Source: a virus
Direction: 5' to 3' (one strand)
Virus record (IMG/VR): IMGVR_UViG_3300020179_002092
Span: 1-64,000 of that record
DNA: 64,000 nt
Position 1 is the stretch's first letter. Every line of letters starts with the position of its first letter. Below, one piece after another: positions 7,990 through 17,595 of this stretch. The notes under the pieces were generated by a model that had not been told where the DNA came from, made no database searches, and worked only from the letters and a program-made list of their open reading frames with translations. The position numbers and the translations under genes were made by a program.

Positions 7990-8014
7990 AAAACCAGCTT
8001 AAGCTGGTTTTTTT
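7990..8014 (+). terminator. intrinsic terminator ending tRNA region
   Basis: aaaaccagc-ttaa-gctggtttt + T tract. Confidence 0.85.
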
Positions 8015-8031
8015 GTTATAAAAAAATTATA

Positions 8032-8060
8032 TTGAACTATAAGGTTAAGTTTGCTATAAT
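8032..8060 (+). promoter_or_regulatory. sigma70 promoter
   Basis: TTGAAC-17-TATAAT, extended -10 TG. Confidence 0.75.
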
Positions 8061-8087
8061 ATTTATTCTATATTTAGGAAATGGACT

Positions 8088-8297
8088 ATGAAAGAAGAAA
8101 GAAAATATGTAGTAGCTTTTCAACACCCTCAGGATGATGGTATCGATTTAGAAATTATTTGGGCTAGTGATCCACTAGATGCAATGTTGCATTTCTTAGA
8201 TTATGATCACGTGCCTGACGGCATTGATAATGCTTATGAGCTACAGCAGTGGTTGTGGGATAGTGAAGAATCACTAATTAATTATATTGAGGTGTAA
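8088..8297 (+). CDS. hypothetical protein
   Basis: ORF downstream of promoter with RBS. Confidence 0.7.
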   Translation: MKEERKYVVAFQHPQDDGIDLEIIWASDPLDAMLHFLDYDHVPDGIDNAYELQQWLWDSEESLINYIEV

Positions 8298-8705
8298 ATG
8301 GCCAAAGGCAAAACTAGTAGTAAAAGTGATCAAAACTACTGGAACAGATATAGATCAGATAAAATCTGGGAGGTTAACAGGCGTAAAAAATTATATCGTC
8401 ATTTAAAAATTCATCCGCAAGATAAAATAGCTCTAAAAGCTATAGACAATATTAAATATCGTCGTAAAACACCTAAAGAACCTTTTTGGACTCCCGGTAT
8501 GGTTCACATAGCTAAATTGTTTAAACATTTTGCTGGATTTGTTAATAAGGACATGTTTAATAGCAATCATAAAATTCAACAAGATGCGTTAAATACTTAT
8601 AATAAATCTAAGGCAGTTATAAAGGTTAATCAAACAAGTAGAGTAGATTTTAGTATTGGTGCACGTGCCCATTATAAACAAGGCCCGTTACCATGGAGGC
8701 TTTGA
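8298..8705 (+). CDS. basic hypothetical protein
   Basis: GAGG RBS, abuts upstream stop. Confidence 0.7.
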   Translation: MAKGKTSSKSDQNYWNRYRSDKIWEVNRRKKLYRHLKIHPQDKIALKAIDNIKYRRKTPKEPFWTPGMVHIAKLFKHFAGFVNKDMFNSNHKIQQDALNTYNKSKAVIKVNQTSRVDFSIGARAHYKQGPLPWRL

Positions 8706-8953
8706 TAATATACACAGTTTTTGCAATAACAACTGGTATATGTTCTTGGCTATTTTATTACAGGCCTATTCTACAAGAAGCACGCGAATTGCGTATAAAT
8801 AACTCTTTTACTAGAAATCCTATTTTGAGTTCTTCTGTATATATCGTTATAAGTACACTAATTGCTCCTATTGTTTTTATACCACTTTTTAATCCTATAC
8901 AAAGTATAGCGTTTATTGAAGCGCTAAGTCGAGAAATGCTTAAACAAGATTAA
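8693..8953 (+). CDS. two-TM membrane hypothetical protein
   Basis: Two hydrophobic segments. Confidence 0.65.
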   Translation: MEALIIYTVFAITTGICSWLFYYRPILQEARELRINNSFTRNPILSSSVYIVISTLIAPIVFIPLFNPIQSIAFIEALSREMLKQD

Positions 8954-8964
8954 AAAATTTTTTA

Positions 8965-8993
8965 TTGAACTTATACACCGCCTAGTGTATAAT
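8965..8993 (+). promoter_or_regulatory. sigma70 promoter
   Basis: TTGAAC-17-TATAAT with AAAAATTTTT upstream. Confidence 0.75.
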
Positions 8994-9023
8994 ATTATTT
9001 CAATCAGAGAGGATTAACATCAC

Positions 9024-9296
9024 ATGAAACTAGTTGAATTTATATACACTAAAGATGTTGGTGAGGTTAGTAAACGGGCTGTAATAGAAGTTATTACACC
9101 TAGTAAATTTATTGAAGGCTGGGATATTACAAATCTAGACGAAGAAAATGCTGCTGTATTTATGCAGCAAATGAGCGAACTTCGTAGAGTTCAGTATGAA
9201 CAAACTATGAGTCTTATCACAGAATTTGATCTTAAACACAGTTATCGTAGATTTAAACCAGAAAATATGTCTGATGTTAAAGTAGAATATGTCTGA
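9024..9296 (+). CDS. T5-like hypothetical protein
   Basis: ORF with GAGGA RBS. Confidence 0.7.
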   Translation: MKLVEFIYTKDVGEVSKRAVIEVITPSKFIEGWDITNLDEENAAVFMQQMSELRRVQYEQTMSLITEFDLKHSYRRFKPENMSDVKVEYV

Positions 9297-9540
9297 AAGA
9301 TTCAGGATATGGGACAGTATTCAATTACATGAAACTATAAAATACAGTATACAGTTTCGTGCAAAGTTGGAACAATTATGCGTAGATAATAAAACAGAAC
9401 TAAATAATCTCCCAGATAGCTTAGTCCCAAGTGCATTGCTTTATATGCTAGTAATTAGTAATGAAGCTATGTACAATAAACTATTAGAACAAGATTTAAT
9501 TAAAACATTAAACCCTAAACAAAATTTAAATATACACTAA
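9289..9540 (+). CDS. hypothetical protein
   Basis: ORF overlapping upstream stop. Confidence 0.65.
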   Translation: MSERFRIWDSIQLHETIKYSIQFRAKLEQLCVDNKTELNNLPDSLVPSALLYMLVISNEAMYNKLLEQDLIKTLNPKQNLNIH

Positions 9541-9548
9541 GGAATATT

Positions 9549-9917
9549 ATGGCTACCCAATCAAGCTGGACAGATGAACTTAAAGCAAAAGTTATTTCAA
9601 TGTATGAACAGGCAGAACCTACTCCAGAAAGTTCTACTGAAATTATCAAAGATATCGCAGAAGAAATTGAAATGAGTCCTAATGGTGTTCGCATGGTGCT
9701 TGTACAAGCAGGTGTCTATGTTAAAAAAGATCCAACTAGCAGCTCTACTAAAACTGCAAGCGGTGAAGGTACAAAACGCGTATCTAAAGAAGCAAGTATT
9801 GCTGAACTTAAAACAATGATTATCACTATTGGTGGATCTCTTGATGAGGATATTTTGAGTAAACTTACTGGCAAAGCGGCGGTATATTTTACTTCGGTAC
9901 TTAAAAAAGCAGCTTAA
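9549..9917 (+). CDS. T5 D3-like DNA-binding protein
   Basis: WTDELK..SPNGVRMVLVQAGVYVKK..KLTGKAA pattern; synteny. Confidence 0.7.
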   Translation: MATQSSWTDELKAKVISMYEQAEPTPESSTEIIKDIAEEIEMSPNGVRMVLVQAGVYVKKDPTSSSTKTASGEGTKRVSKEASIAELKTMIITIGGSLDEDILSKLTGKAAVYFTSVLKKAA

Positions 9918-9921
9918 TAAT

Positions 9922-9943
9922 GGCGGCCTAGAGCCGCCTTTTA
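9922..9943 (+). terminator. intrinsic terminator
   Basis: ggcggc-ctaga-gccgcc-tttt. Confidence 0.75.
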
Positions 9944-9958
9944 TTACTGGAGAAATAA

Positions 9959-10585
9959 TTGGCTAGAACTAGAAAAACGGCTCTTGAAGAAGAGCGTATG
10001 ACAGATACTAACATTAATAGGGTTATAAAACTTCTTGAACCTATAGAAATAGGTAAAAAACCTATTTCTAAAAAAGAAGCGTGCCAAATACTTGGTATGG
10101 CATACAATACTACTAGACTAGCTACAATTCTAGAACAGTATAAAGAACGTGAACGTAAAAATGCTGAACATAGAGCAAAATTACGTGGCAAGCCGGTTAC
10201 AAAAGATGAAAAAATATTTATTATTCAAGAATACTTAAGTGGTAGTACTATTGATAGTATCACAAAAACTACGTATCGCGGTGTAACAACTATTAAAAAT
10301 GTTTTAGAAGAGTATAGTGTGCCACTACGTATTCCAGGACAAACTTATTTTACTCCGCAACTTATCCCTGATGGAGCTGTTAGAGATAGATTTCAAGTAG
10401 GAGAAACTGTGTGGAGCACAAGATATTGTTCGTTAGCTAAAATTTATAGCGAAAAACTTGACCCTAAACATGGGTATATTTATCACTTATGGCTAATGGA
10501 TGATAAACAACGACAATATTGCTGGCAGCCTGCATATGAACTAGCAAGTTTAGAACAAATTAAAGAGCTTGGAGTAAAAGTTTAA
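9959..10585 (+). CDS. putative HTH DNA-binding protein
   Basis: TTG start with GGAG RBS; SKKEACQILGMAYNTTRL helix-turn-helix-like segment. Confidence 0.6.
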   Translation: MARTRKTALEEERMTDTNINRVIKLLEPIEIGKKPISKKEACQILGMAYNTTRLATILEQYKERERKNAEHRAKLRGKPVTKDEKIFIIQEYLSGSTIDSITKTTYRGVTTIKNVLEEYSVPLRIPGQTYFTPQLIPDGAVRDRFQVGETVWSTRYCSLAKIYSEKLDPKHGYIYHLWLMDDKQRQYCWQPAYELASLEQIKELGVKV

Positions 10586-11571
10586 TGACGGTTTTTGCAA
10601 AACAAGTACTGGAGAGTGGTGGTAGTCTGCATCCAATTACAATAGAATTAAGTAAAACAAATGGTACAGGTATATTTAATCCTAGTCTATACTATGACGA
10701 ACAAGTAGATAAATTGTACTTTAATATTAGACACTGTCAGGTAACATTATATCACGCCGAAAACGGCAAATATGAAAGTTTCTGGGGACCGCTGCACTAC
10801 TGTCATCCAGAAAATGACCTTACTTTAACTACTACAAATTATTTTGGTGAATTAAATAAGCAAACATTAGAACCTATCTATACATCAAAAGTCGATACTA
10901 CTAAATTAGACGTTGCTCCTATTTGGAATTTTGTTGGTCTAGAAGATTGTAGAATTGTTAAGTGGGACAATAAGCTATATTTAAGCGGAGTCAGACGAGA
11001 TACTACAACAAATGGTCAAGGTAGAATAGAACTATCTGGTATCGAAATTGATGGCGAACATATTAAAGAAGTAACTAGAAATAGATTAAAACCACCTCTT
11101 GGTGATAGTTATTGTGAAAAGAATTGGATGCCTATTAATGACAAACCATTTGAATATGCAAAATGGTGCAATCCTACAGAAATTGTATTAGCAAATTTAG
11201 AAAACAATACTACTACACAAGTATTTCATGGTAAAGAAGCCTTTGCATACCCTAGAGATTTTCGTGGTGGCAGCCAAGTTATTAGACTAAATGACAAGTA
11301 CAGATTTTGTTGTGTTCATACAGTTAATTTATTTAAGAGTGAGCAAGACAGAAAAAATGCAGTTTATAGACATTGTTTTATAATTTGGGATGAAGACTGG
11401 AATGTAATTAAACATACATCAGAATTTAGTTTTTTAGATGCAAAAATAGAGTTTTGTGCGGGTATGACTAAATATAAAGAAGATTTTTTAATTAGCTTTG
11501 GTTATCAAGATAATGCTAGTTATGTACTAAGAGTACCAGAAAGTTTAATGGAGAGTATATGTCTCAATTAA
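10585..11571 (+). CDS. five-bladed beta-propeller glycosidase-like protein (GH130/GH43 clan-like)
   Basis: FNPS, GLEDCRIV, EKNWMP, FRGGSQ, IEFCAG, SFGYQD blade motifs. Confidence 0.65.
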   Translation: MTVFAKQVLESGGSLHPITIELSKTNGTGIFNPSLYYDEQVDKLYFNIRHCQVTLYHAENGKYESFWGPLHYCHPENDLTLTTTNYFGELNKQTLEPIYTSKVDTTKLDVAPIWNFVGLEDCRIVKWDNKLYLSGVRRDTTTNGQGRIELSGIEIDGEHIKEVTRNRLKPPLGDSYCEKNWMPINDKPFEYAKWCNPTEIVLANLENNTTTQVFHGKEAFAYPRDFRGGSQVIRLNDKYRFCCVHTVNLFKSEQDRKNAVYRHCFIIWDEDWNVIKHTSEFSFLDAKIEFCAGMTKYKEDFLISFGYQDNASYVLRVPESLMESICLN

Positions 11572-12131
11572 AAAACTTGTTATACTCCTATGTATATAAT
11601 CCTACAGACGAAAATAGACTGTATCTAGCAGATGAATACTATAAACTAGAACAGTATGCTGCTGCATTATCATATTATCTGCAAACAGCAGAAATGTCCT
11701 TTGAAAAAAATATGCAATATTACTGTTTAATACAGTGTGGAAAGTGTTTCCAAGTTCCTGGTAATAGAAAGCACAGTGTTATGACACTGTATAAACATGC
11801 AATAAATTTACTACCAAACAGACCAGAAGCATACTACTATTTAAGTCAAGTTTATGAATGGTCAAATGATTGGTTTGATTGCTATACTATGAGTTGCTTA
11901 GGTCTTGAAAAAGAAGAAATTAATGATAGTTATACTAAAAAACTAAAATATAGCGGACGTAATTACTTAATTTTTCAAAAAGCATTATCTGCATGGTGGA
12001 TTGGTCGAGGTAACGAATCAAGACAATTACATCAATATTTAATAAATAATCATTTTAATCAACTAGAAGATAGTGTTTTAACTTCTATATTAAATAATTT
12101 AAAAATACTATATCCTGAACGTCATGGATAA
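11559..12131 (+). CDS. TPR-repeat protein
   Basis: LADEYYKLEQYAAALSYY, PNRPEAYYYLS helical repeats. Confidence 0.7.
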   Translation: MSQLKNLLYSYVYNPTDENRLYLADEYYKLEQYAAALSYYLQTAEMSFEKNMQYYCLIQCGKCFQVPGNRKHSVMTLYKHAINLLPNRPEAYYYLSQVYEWSNDWFDCYTMSCLGLEKEEINDSYTKKLKYSGRNYLIFQKALSAWWIGRGNESRQLHQYLINNHFNQLEDSVLTSILNNLKILYPERHG

Positions 12132-12405
12132 TAATATTCTCTATGAACGTTTAATAGAAGAAAATCTAGAAAAAGGTTTTCAATTTAAGCTAGTAGTGAA
12201 CGATTTTAAAAATGTTACTTATATTCAACTGCGTAAATATTTTTTAAATTATGAAGGTGAATGGATTCCTAGTCGTGAAGGCGTAAGCATACCAGCTAGT
12301 ATTGAAAATATACATAGTTTGTTATATGGACTTCTAGATATTTGCGCTAAAGCCGAAGGAGAGAAAATAATTAAGTTTTTTTACGACCATATTAGTAAAA
12401 AATAA
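12124..12405 (+). CDS. PC4/p15-like ssDNA-binding transcriptional coactivator
   Basis: F..YIQLRKYFLNYEGEWIPSREGVSIP; T5 synteny before ligase. Confidence 0.8.
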   Translation: MDNNILYERLIEENLEKGFQFKLVVNDFKNVTYIQLRKYFLNYEGEWIPSREGVSIPASIENIHSLLYGLLDICAKAEGEKIIKFFYDHISKK

Positions 12406-12406
12406 C

Positions 12407-12435
12407 TTGACAAATAAACCTTAAACTGCTATAAT
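12407..12435 (+). promoter_or_regulatory. consensus sigma70 promoter
   Basis: TTGACA-17-TATAAT, extended -10 TG. Confidence 0.9.
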
Positions 12436-12442
12436 ATTATTT

Positions 12443-13399
12443 ATGAATAAATTACATAAACTATTAGATAAAGCCAGTGAAGCCTACTATGCGGGTAAGC
12501 CTACTATTCCCGATCATGTATTTGATCAATTAGCAGATAGCTGTGATTACAATAAAATTGGTACAGCTGTGCATGGGCGTAAAGCCAAGCACTTGTATCC
12601 TATGTATAGTTTACAAAAATATTATGAAGATGAAGGTAAAAGTGATCCATTAGCAGGCTTAGATGTTACTGCAAGTATTAAGCTAGATGGTGCTGCTATC
12701 AGTCTATTATATGTAGACGGTATACTAACACAAGCACTTACTCGTGGTGATGGCCTTGAAGGTCAAATTATTACCGATAAATTATATGAACATGGTGGCT
12801 TAGTGCCACTAACTATTAATCTTTGCAATATAACTGTACAAATTACAGGTGAGATAGTAGCTCCGCTTCATATAGAAAACAGTCGTAATTATGCGGCAGG
12901 ATCACTAAATCTTAAAGATTTAGCAGAGTTCAAAACTCGTGCTATTGAATTCTTTGCCTATCAAGTAACGCCAAACCTAGGTCAAACTTGGTCTGGTGAT
13001 ATGCATCTACTAAAACAATTGGGGTTAAATACTGTACTAGAGCCTGAACTTAGCAATATATATCCTAGTGATGGCACAGTAGTAAGATTAGAAAATAATT
13101 ATCAATTTGACCAACTAGGTTATACTAGCAAACATCCACGAGGTGCTTATGCTAAAAAACAGCGAGCAAGTTTTGTAGAAACCATACTATTAGATGTAGA
13201 GTGGAATGTTGGAAAAACAGGTAGAGTAACACCTACTGCCATATTAGAACCAGTAAAAATTGGTGATGCTTTAGTAAGTAGAGCAACATTAAATAATCCT
13301 GGATTTATAGAAGCTCTTGATCTCCAAATTGGAGATACTGTAGCCGTAGCCAGAGCTGGTTCAATTATACCTTGTATAGTACATAAAGTAAATGTTTAA
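12443..13399 (+). CDS. ligA: NAD-dependent DNA ligase subunit A (adenylation + OB)
   Basis: KLDG, TRGDG, GEI, RNYAAGSL, DG, VGKTGRVTP, RATLNN. Confidence 0.95.
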   Translation: MNKLHKLLDKASEAYYAGKPTIPDHVFDQLADSCDYNKIGTAVHGRKAKHLYPMYSLQKYYEDEGKSDPLAGLDVTASIKLDGAAISLLYVDGILTQALTRGDGLEGQIITDKLYEHGGLVPLTINLCNITVQITGEIVAPLHIENSRNYAAGSLNLKDLAEFKTRAIEFFAYQVTPNLGQTWSGDMHLLKQLGLNTVLEPELSNIYPSDGTVVRLENNYQFDQLGYTSKHPRGAYAKKQRASFVETILLDVEWNVGKTGRVTPTAILEPVKIGDALVSRATLNNPGFIEALDLQIGDTVAVARAGSIIPCIVHKVNV

Positions 13400-13431
13400 A
13401 ATTTTTTAGTAAAAGCAGTAAAAATTTTAGC

Positions 13432-13460
13432 TTGTCAATTACTAGTTATTAGTGTATAAT
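13432..13460 (+). promoter_or_regulatory. sigma70 promoter between ligase halves
   Basis: TTGTCA-17-TATAAT. Confidence 0.8.
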
Positions 13461-13484
13461 AATATCTTAAGTTAATTAATCTAT

Positions 13485-14246
13485 ATGAAAATTAAAATTC
13501 CAACAGAATGTCCGTGTTGTAATTCTAAACTAGAATTAGTAAGAGATCAACTCTTTTGTCGTAATAAAAGTTGTGAAGCACAAACTGCTAAAAGAGTAGA
13601 ACACTTTTGTAAAACTCTTGGAATTAAAGGTATGGGTGCTAAAACTATAGAAAAACTAGAACTAGGAGATATAACTGAAATATTTTATCTTGATAAGCAA
13701 GAAATAGCTGCTCAACTAAATAGTGAAAAAGTTGCTGAAAAATTACTCGATGAAATAGATAAAAGTAAATCAGCACCTCTTGCTATAGTTTTAGCAAGTT
13801 TTAGTATTCCATTAATGGGTTTTACAGCTAGCAATAAATTATGTACAGTTATTTCTACAATAGACGATATTAATTTAGATTCTTGTAAAAAAGCCGGTTT
13901 AGGTGATAAAGTAACATATAATCTACTAAATTGGTTAGAAACAGAATTTACAGAAATGAAAGCGTTTTTGCCTTTTTCATTTCGTAATAAAATACCAGTA
14001 ACTAATAATATTAATAAACAAAATATTTGTATTACTGGCAAACTATCTTCTTTTAGAACAAAAGCCGAAGCTTATAGTATATTAATAGAACATGGATTTA
14101 ATATTAGTGAAACAGTAAATAAATCTCTCAGCTATTTAGTCGATGAAGAAGACAACAACAGTAGTAAGCGTAAAAAAGCCGATCAATTAGGCATAAAAAT
14201 TATTACAAATTTACAAACTTTTTTAAGAGAATATATTAATGACTGA
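13485..14246 (+). CDS. ligB: NAD-dependent DNA ligase subunit B (Zn finger, HhH, BRCT)
   Basis: CPCC..C..C, IKGMG, BRCT ICITGKL..SSKRKKADQLG. Confidence 0.92.
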   Translation: MKIKIPTECPCCNSKLELVRDQLFCRNKSCEAQTAKRVEHFCKTLGIKGMGAKTIEKLELGDITEIFYLDKQEIAAQLNSEKVAEKLLDEIDKSKSAPLAIVLASFSIPLMGFTASNKLCTVISTIDDINLDSCKKAGLGDKVTYNLLNWLETEFTEMKAFLPFSFRNKIPVTNNINKQNICITGKLSSFRTKAEAYSILIEHGFNISETVNKSLSYLVDEEDNNSSKRKKADQLGIKIITNLQTFLREYIND

Positions 14247-14991
14247 AAAAACAAAAAAATGGTCAGAAGAAACAGTAGATCAATTAATGAAACTTGTTGG
14301 TAAACAACGTCCAGTTGCTGCTGAAACAGTTTTGCACGCTGCTAAATCTTTAGGCGAAGATTTTACACCTAGAAGTGTAGCCAGTAAACTACGTCAACTA
14401 GAAGTAGAAGTTGCTAGCATGGCAAAAGAAAAAACTAGTGCTTTTAGTGAAGATGAAAGTGCTGAGCTTGCTGAATTTGTTGTACAAAATGCAGGAAAAC
14501 TTACCTATAAACAAATTGCTGAACAATTTATGAACAGCAAATTTACTGCTAAACAAATTCAAGGTAAACTTTTAGCTCTTGAACTTACTGCCAGTGTTAA
14601 ACCAGCAGAAAAAGTAGAAGTAGCACGTACTTATACTGATAGTGAAGAGCGCCAGTTTATTCAAATGGCCGAACGAGGCGCATTTATTGAAGATATTGCT
14701 ACGGCTTTAAATAAAACTGTAGCAAGTATTCGTGGCAAAGCACTTAGTCTTACTCGCAAAGGTCAAATTGCTAAGATTCCTGCGCAAAAGAATAGCTATG
14801 CCAAAGAAAATGTTGATCCAGTTACAGCACTAGGAGCAGAGATTCATAGGATGACAGTTGCACAAATTGCAGCTGCTGTTGATAAAACTGAGCGAGGTCT
14901 TAAAACCTTACTTACACGTCGGGGAATCAAAGTTGCTGATTATGATGGAGCAGCAAAACGTGCAAAAGCAGAAGCACGTCAAACAGCCTAA
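14239..14991 (+). CDS. T5 D5-like DNA-binding transcription regulator
   Basis: Repeated HTH units (RSVASKLR, KQIQGKLL, SIRGKALSL, LTRRG); synteny. Confidence 0.85.
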   Translation: MTEKTKKWSEETVDQLMKLVGKQRPVAAETVLHAAKSLGEDFTPRSVASKLRQLEVEVASMAKEKTSAFSEDESAELAEFVVQNAGKLTYKQIAEQFMNSKFTAKQIQGKLLALELTASVKPAEKVEVARTYTDSEERQFIQMAERGAFIEDIATALNKTVASIRGKALSLTRKGQIAKIPAQKNSYAKENVDPVTALGAEIHRMTVAQIAAAVDKTERGLKTLLTRRGIKVADYDGAAKRAKAEARQTA

Positions 14992-15011
14992 TTAAAAAAT
15001 AACAAAACCCG

Positions 15012-15052
15012 AAGGCTGGGAGAATTAAAAACCTCCCAGCCTTTTCTTCTTT
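15012..15052 (+). terminator. intrinsic terminator
   Basis: aaggctgggag..ctcccagcctt + T-rich tail. Confidence 0.8.
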
Positions 15053-15064
15053 TAGAGCATATAG

Positions 15065-15364
15065 ATGAAGGTTACAATAACATATCATGATAATGAAAGT
15101 TTTACTGTTGAAGAAATAGTAAAACAAGCTACACATAATTATGGTCGCACAGCCCAAGTCGAAATAATGCCTGAGTCAACGTTAGCTTATGATCATATTT
15201 ATTTTGGATTGCAACAACTTATAACACACGAACAATTAAGCATATTATTTGAAGAAAACAATAAGTATCAACAAGACATTAGAAAATTACGAGAAGAAGT
15301 AATTTACAAAATAACAGAAATTATAGATCAAGTTATTATCGACAATGAATCGAAAGTAGGTTAA
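15065..15364 (+). CDS. hypothetical protein
   Basis: ORF track, operon position. Confidence 0.7.
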   Translation: MKVTITYHDNESFTVEEIVKQATHNYGRTAQVEIMPESTLAYDHIYFGLQQLITHEQLSILFEENNKYQQDIRKLREEVIYKITEIIDQVIIDNESKVG

Positions 15365-15366
15365 TT

Positions 15367-16746
15367 TTGGACACAAGCGCAGTAGTCTTAAATAAACTAC
15401 TAGCAGAGCAAAACCTAGAATTATGGGCTCGCCTTAAGCTAGTATTCTTAGACCCTGCCTATAGCTCTCTTTATACTGCTATTAATAAGCATTATGAAAA
15501 GTATCATCAAGTACCTAGTTTTGATGATCTTTCTGTAACATTAAGGGAGGGGCCTGCGTCTAAAACGTTAGCAACTCTTCGTCTAACAGAAGTTCCTGAT
15601 GTTTCAGCAGAAATAGCACTTGATGCATTAATAGATCAATATACACAAAATGAAACAGTAAAATTATTAGATAAATTCGTAGACAAACTACCTCTTTATG
15701 ATAGCAATGAAATAAAAGAAAATTTATCTACTATAGTAATGACTATAGAAGAAAAAACACATACTAGTGAAAAAGTATTTAACATGGCTAATATCATGTT
15801 ATTTCGTCATCCTGATGATTTGGAGAAAGAACGTGTTTATTTAGGACTTAATAATACTTTTGATGCTGTTCTTGGTGGTGTAGCTAGACAAGAGCTTATA
15901 CTTATCGGAGGGAAGAGAGGTAGTGGCAAGAGTATTACTAGTAGCAACATTTTTATTAATCAGTATGAGAATGGGAATAGCTCAATATACTTCTCTATAG
16001 AAATGACTGCTTATGAAGTTATGGAAAGAAATTTGTCTATACTAACAGGTGTTAGTTTACAGCGATTAAAACAAAATAAGCTAACAGACGAGGAAGTACT
16101 AAGATTAGTAAAATGTAGAGCTAATATGTTTCAAGATTCAGATCAATTAGTATTAGATTTTATGCGTCATCGCGACAGATATAAGTTTGAAGAAAATTTA
16201 GTGCGAAATCATGAGTTAAATCAAGATAATCAAATGATTATTGTTGACGATAGAGATTTGACTATTAGCAGTATTGACTTACATATAGGAAAAGCTAAAG
16301 CAAAATTTGGTGATCGGCTACAAGTTGTAGTAGTAGATTATTTAAATCAAATAGTGCAAGAAGGCAGCGATATGTATGACTGGAAACCACAAGTTGAAGT
16401 ATCAAAAAAATTAAAGAATCTAGCAAGAAAATATGAAATAGTATTAGTAAGTCCTTATCAAATTGATGCAACTGGAGAAGCACGGTTTGCTAAAGGTATT
16501 TTAGATGCTGCAGATATTGCACTAGTAATGGAAGCTCATGATAAAAGTAGTGAAGCTATTAGTTTTGAGACTACTAAAATTCGTGGTGGAAAAGAGATGA
16601 AATTTACTAGTCCTATTGATTGGGAAACACTAAAAATTAGTCCGCAAAGTATAGATAAACCACAAGAAAAAGAAACTATTAAAAAAACTGGAAAGAAAAA
16701 TTTAAAACAAGATGACAGCACAGCAGATTTACCTTGGAATGCTTAA
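15367..16746 (+). CDS. DnaB-like replicative helicase (T5 D6-like)
   Basis: Walker A GKRGSGKS, FSIEM, VVVDYLN, SPYQ. Confidence 0.92.
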   Translation: MDTSAVVLNKLLAEQNLELWARLKLVFLDPAYSSLYTAINKHYEKYHQVPSFDDLSVTLREGPASKTLATLRLTEVPDVSAEIALDALIDQYTQNETVKLLDKFVDKLPLYDSNEIKENLSTIVMTIEEKTHTSEKVFNMANIMLFRHPDDLEKERVYLGLNNTFDAVLGGVARQELILIGGKRGSGKSITSSNIFINQYENGNSSIYFSIEMTAYEVMERNLSILTGVSLQRLKQNKLTDEEVLRLVKCRANMFQDSDQLVLDFMRHRDRYKFEENLVRNHELNQDNQMIIVDDRDLTISSIDLHIGKAKAKFGDRLQVVVVDYLNQIVQEGSDMYDWKPQVEVSKKLKNLARKYEIVLVSPYQIDATGEARFAKGILDAADIALVMEAHDKSSEAISFETTKIRGGKEMKFTSPIDWETLKISPQSIDKPQEKETIKKTGKKNLKQDDSTADLPWNA

Positions 16747-17595
16747 ATGACAGATCCAGTACTACAATTATTACAAAAAAATGGATTAAACTATACAATA
16801 AGTGGCAGAGATTACTTAGTAAAATGTTTAAATCCAGATCATGAAGATACGCACCCTAGTTTTAGAATTGATAGAGTAAATGGTGCAGCACATTGTTTTA
16901 GTTGTGGATTTAAAACTAATATATTTAAATATTTTGGAGTATTTACTAATCCAGTTCCTCTTAGAGTAGCAAATCTTAAACGTAAATTAGAAACACTAAA
17001 AACAGTAGAAAGTTTAAGCTATCCTGCTGGTTATACACCTTGGACAAAACCATTTCGTGGTATTAGCATTCAAACACTTAAATATTTTAATGCGTTCTAT
17101 ACTAATCAAGTAGAAAAACTACAAGATAGAATTGTATTTCCTATTAGTGATGTAACTAATCAAATAAAAGTATTTGTTGGTAGACATACACTAAGTAATG
17201 TAAATCCAAGATATATAAATTATCCTAATGGTGTTCAATTACCCCTATTTCCAAGCTATTTAAAACAATCTAATCGCAGCATAGTTTTAGTAGAAGGAAT
17301 ATTTGACATGTTAAATCTATACGACAAGGGCATGAAAAATGTGATTTGTTGCTTTGGTACTAACACACTACAAAATAACGTAAGTGAAAAGTTGCTGCCA
17401 TTTAAAGCGCAAGGAGTTACAAATGTGTACATATTGTTTGATGGCGATGAAGCAGGCGAAAAAGCTGCTAAACAATTAAAGCCATTACTAGAAAAAGATG
17501 AATTCATTGTAGAGATATTAAAACTGCCAGACGGAGTTGATCCTGGCGAATTAGATCAAATAGATGTACAAAGTATAAAAGAGTATATTCAATGA
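16747..17595 (+). CDS. DNA primase
   Basis: Zn motif CLNPDHED..HCFSCG; TOPRIM VEGIFD, FDGDEAG. Confidence 0.93.
   Translation: MTDPVLQLLQKNGLNYTISGRDYLVKCLNPDHEDTHPSFRIDRVNGAAHCFSCGFKTNIFKYFGVFTNPVPLRVANLKRKLETLKTVESLSYPAGYTPWTKPFRGISIQTLKYFNAFYTNQVEKLQDRIVFPISDVTNQIKVFVGRHTLSNVNPRYINYPNGVQLPLFPSYLKQSNRSIVLVEGIFDMLNLYDKGMKNVICCFGTNTLQNNVSEKLLPFKAQGVTNVYILFDGDEAGEKAAKQLKPLLEKDEFIVEILKLPDGVDPGELDQIDVQSIKEYIQ

Noticed and set aside
12443-14246. Split ligase as frameshift/pseudogene or intron
   Set aside because: Two-gene NAD ligase is a normal T5-like trait; ligB has its own promoter
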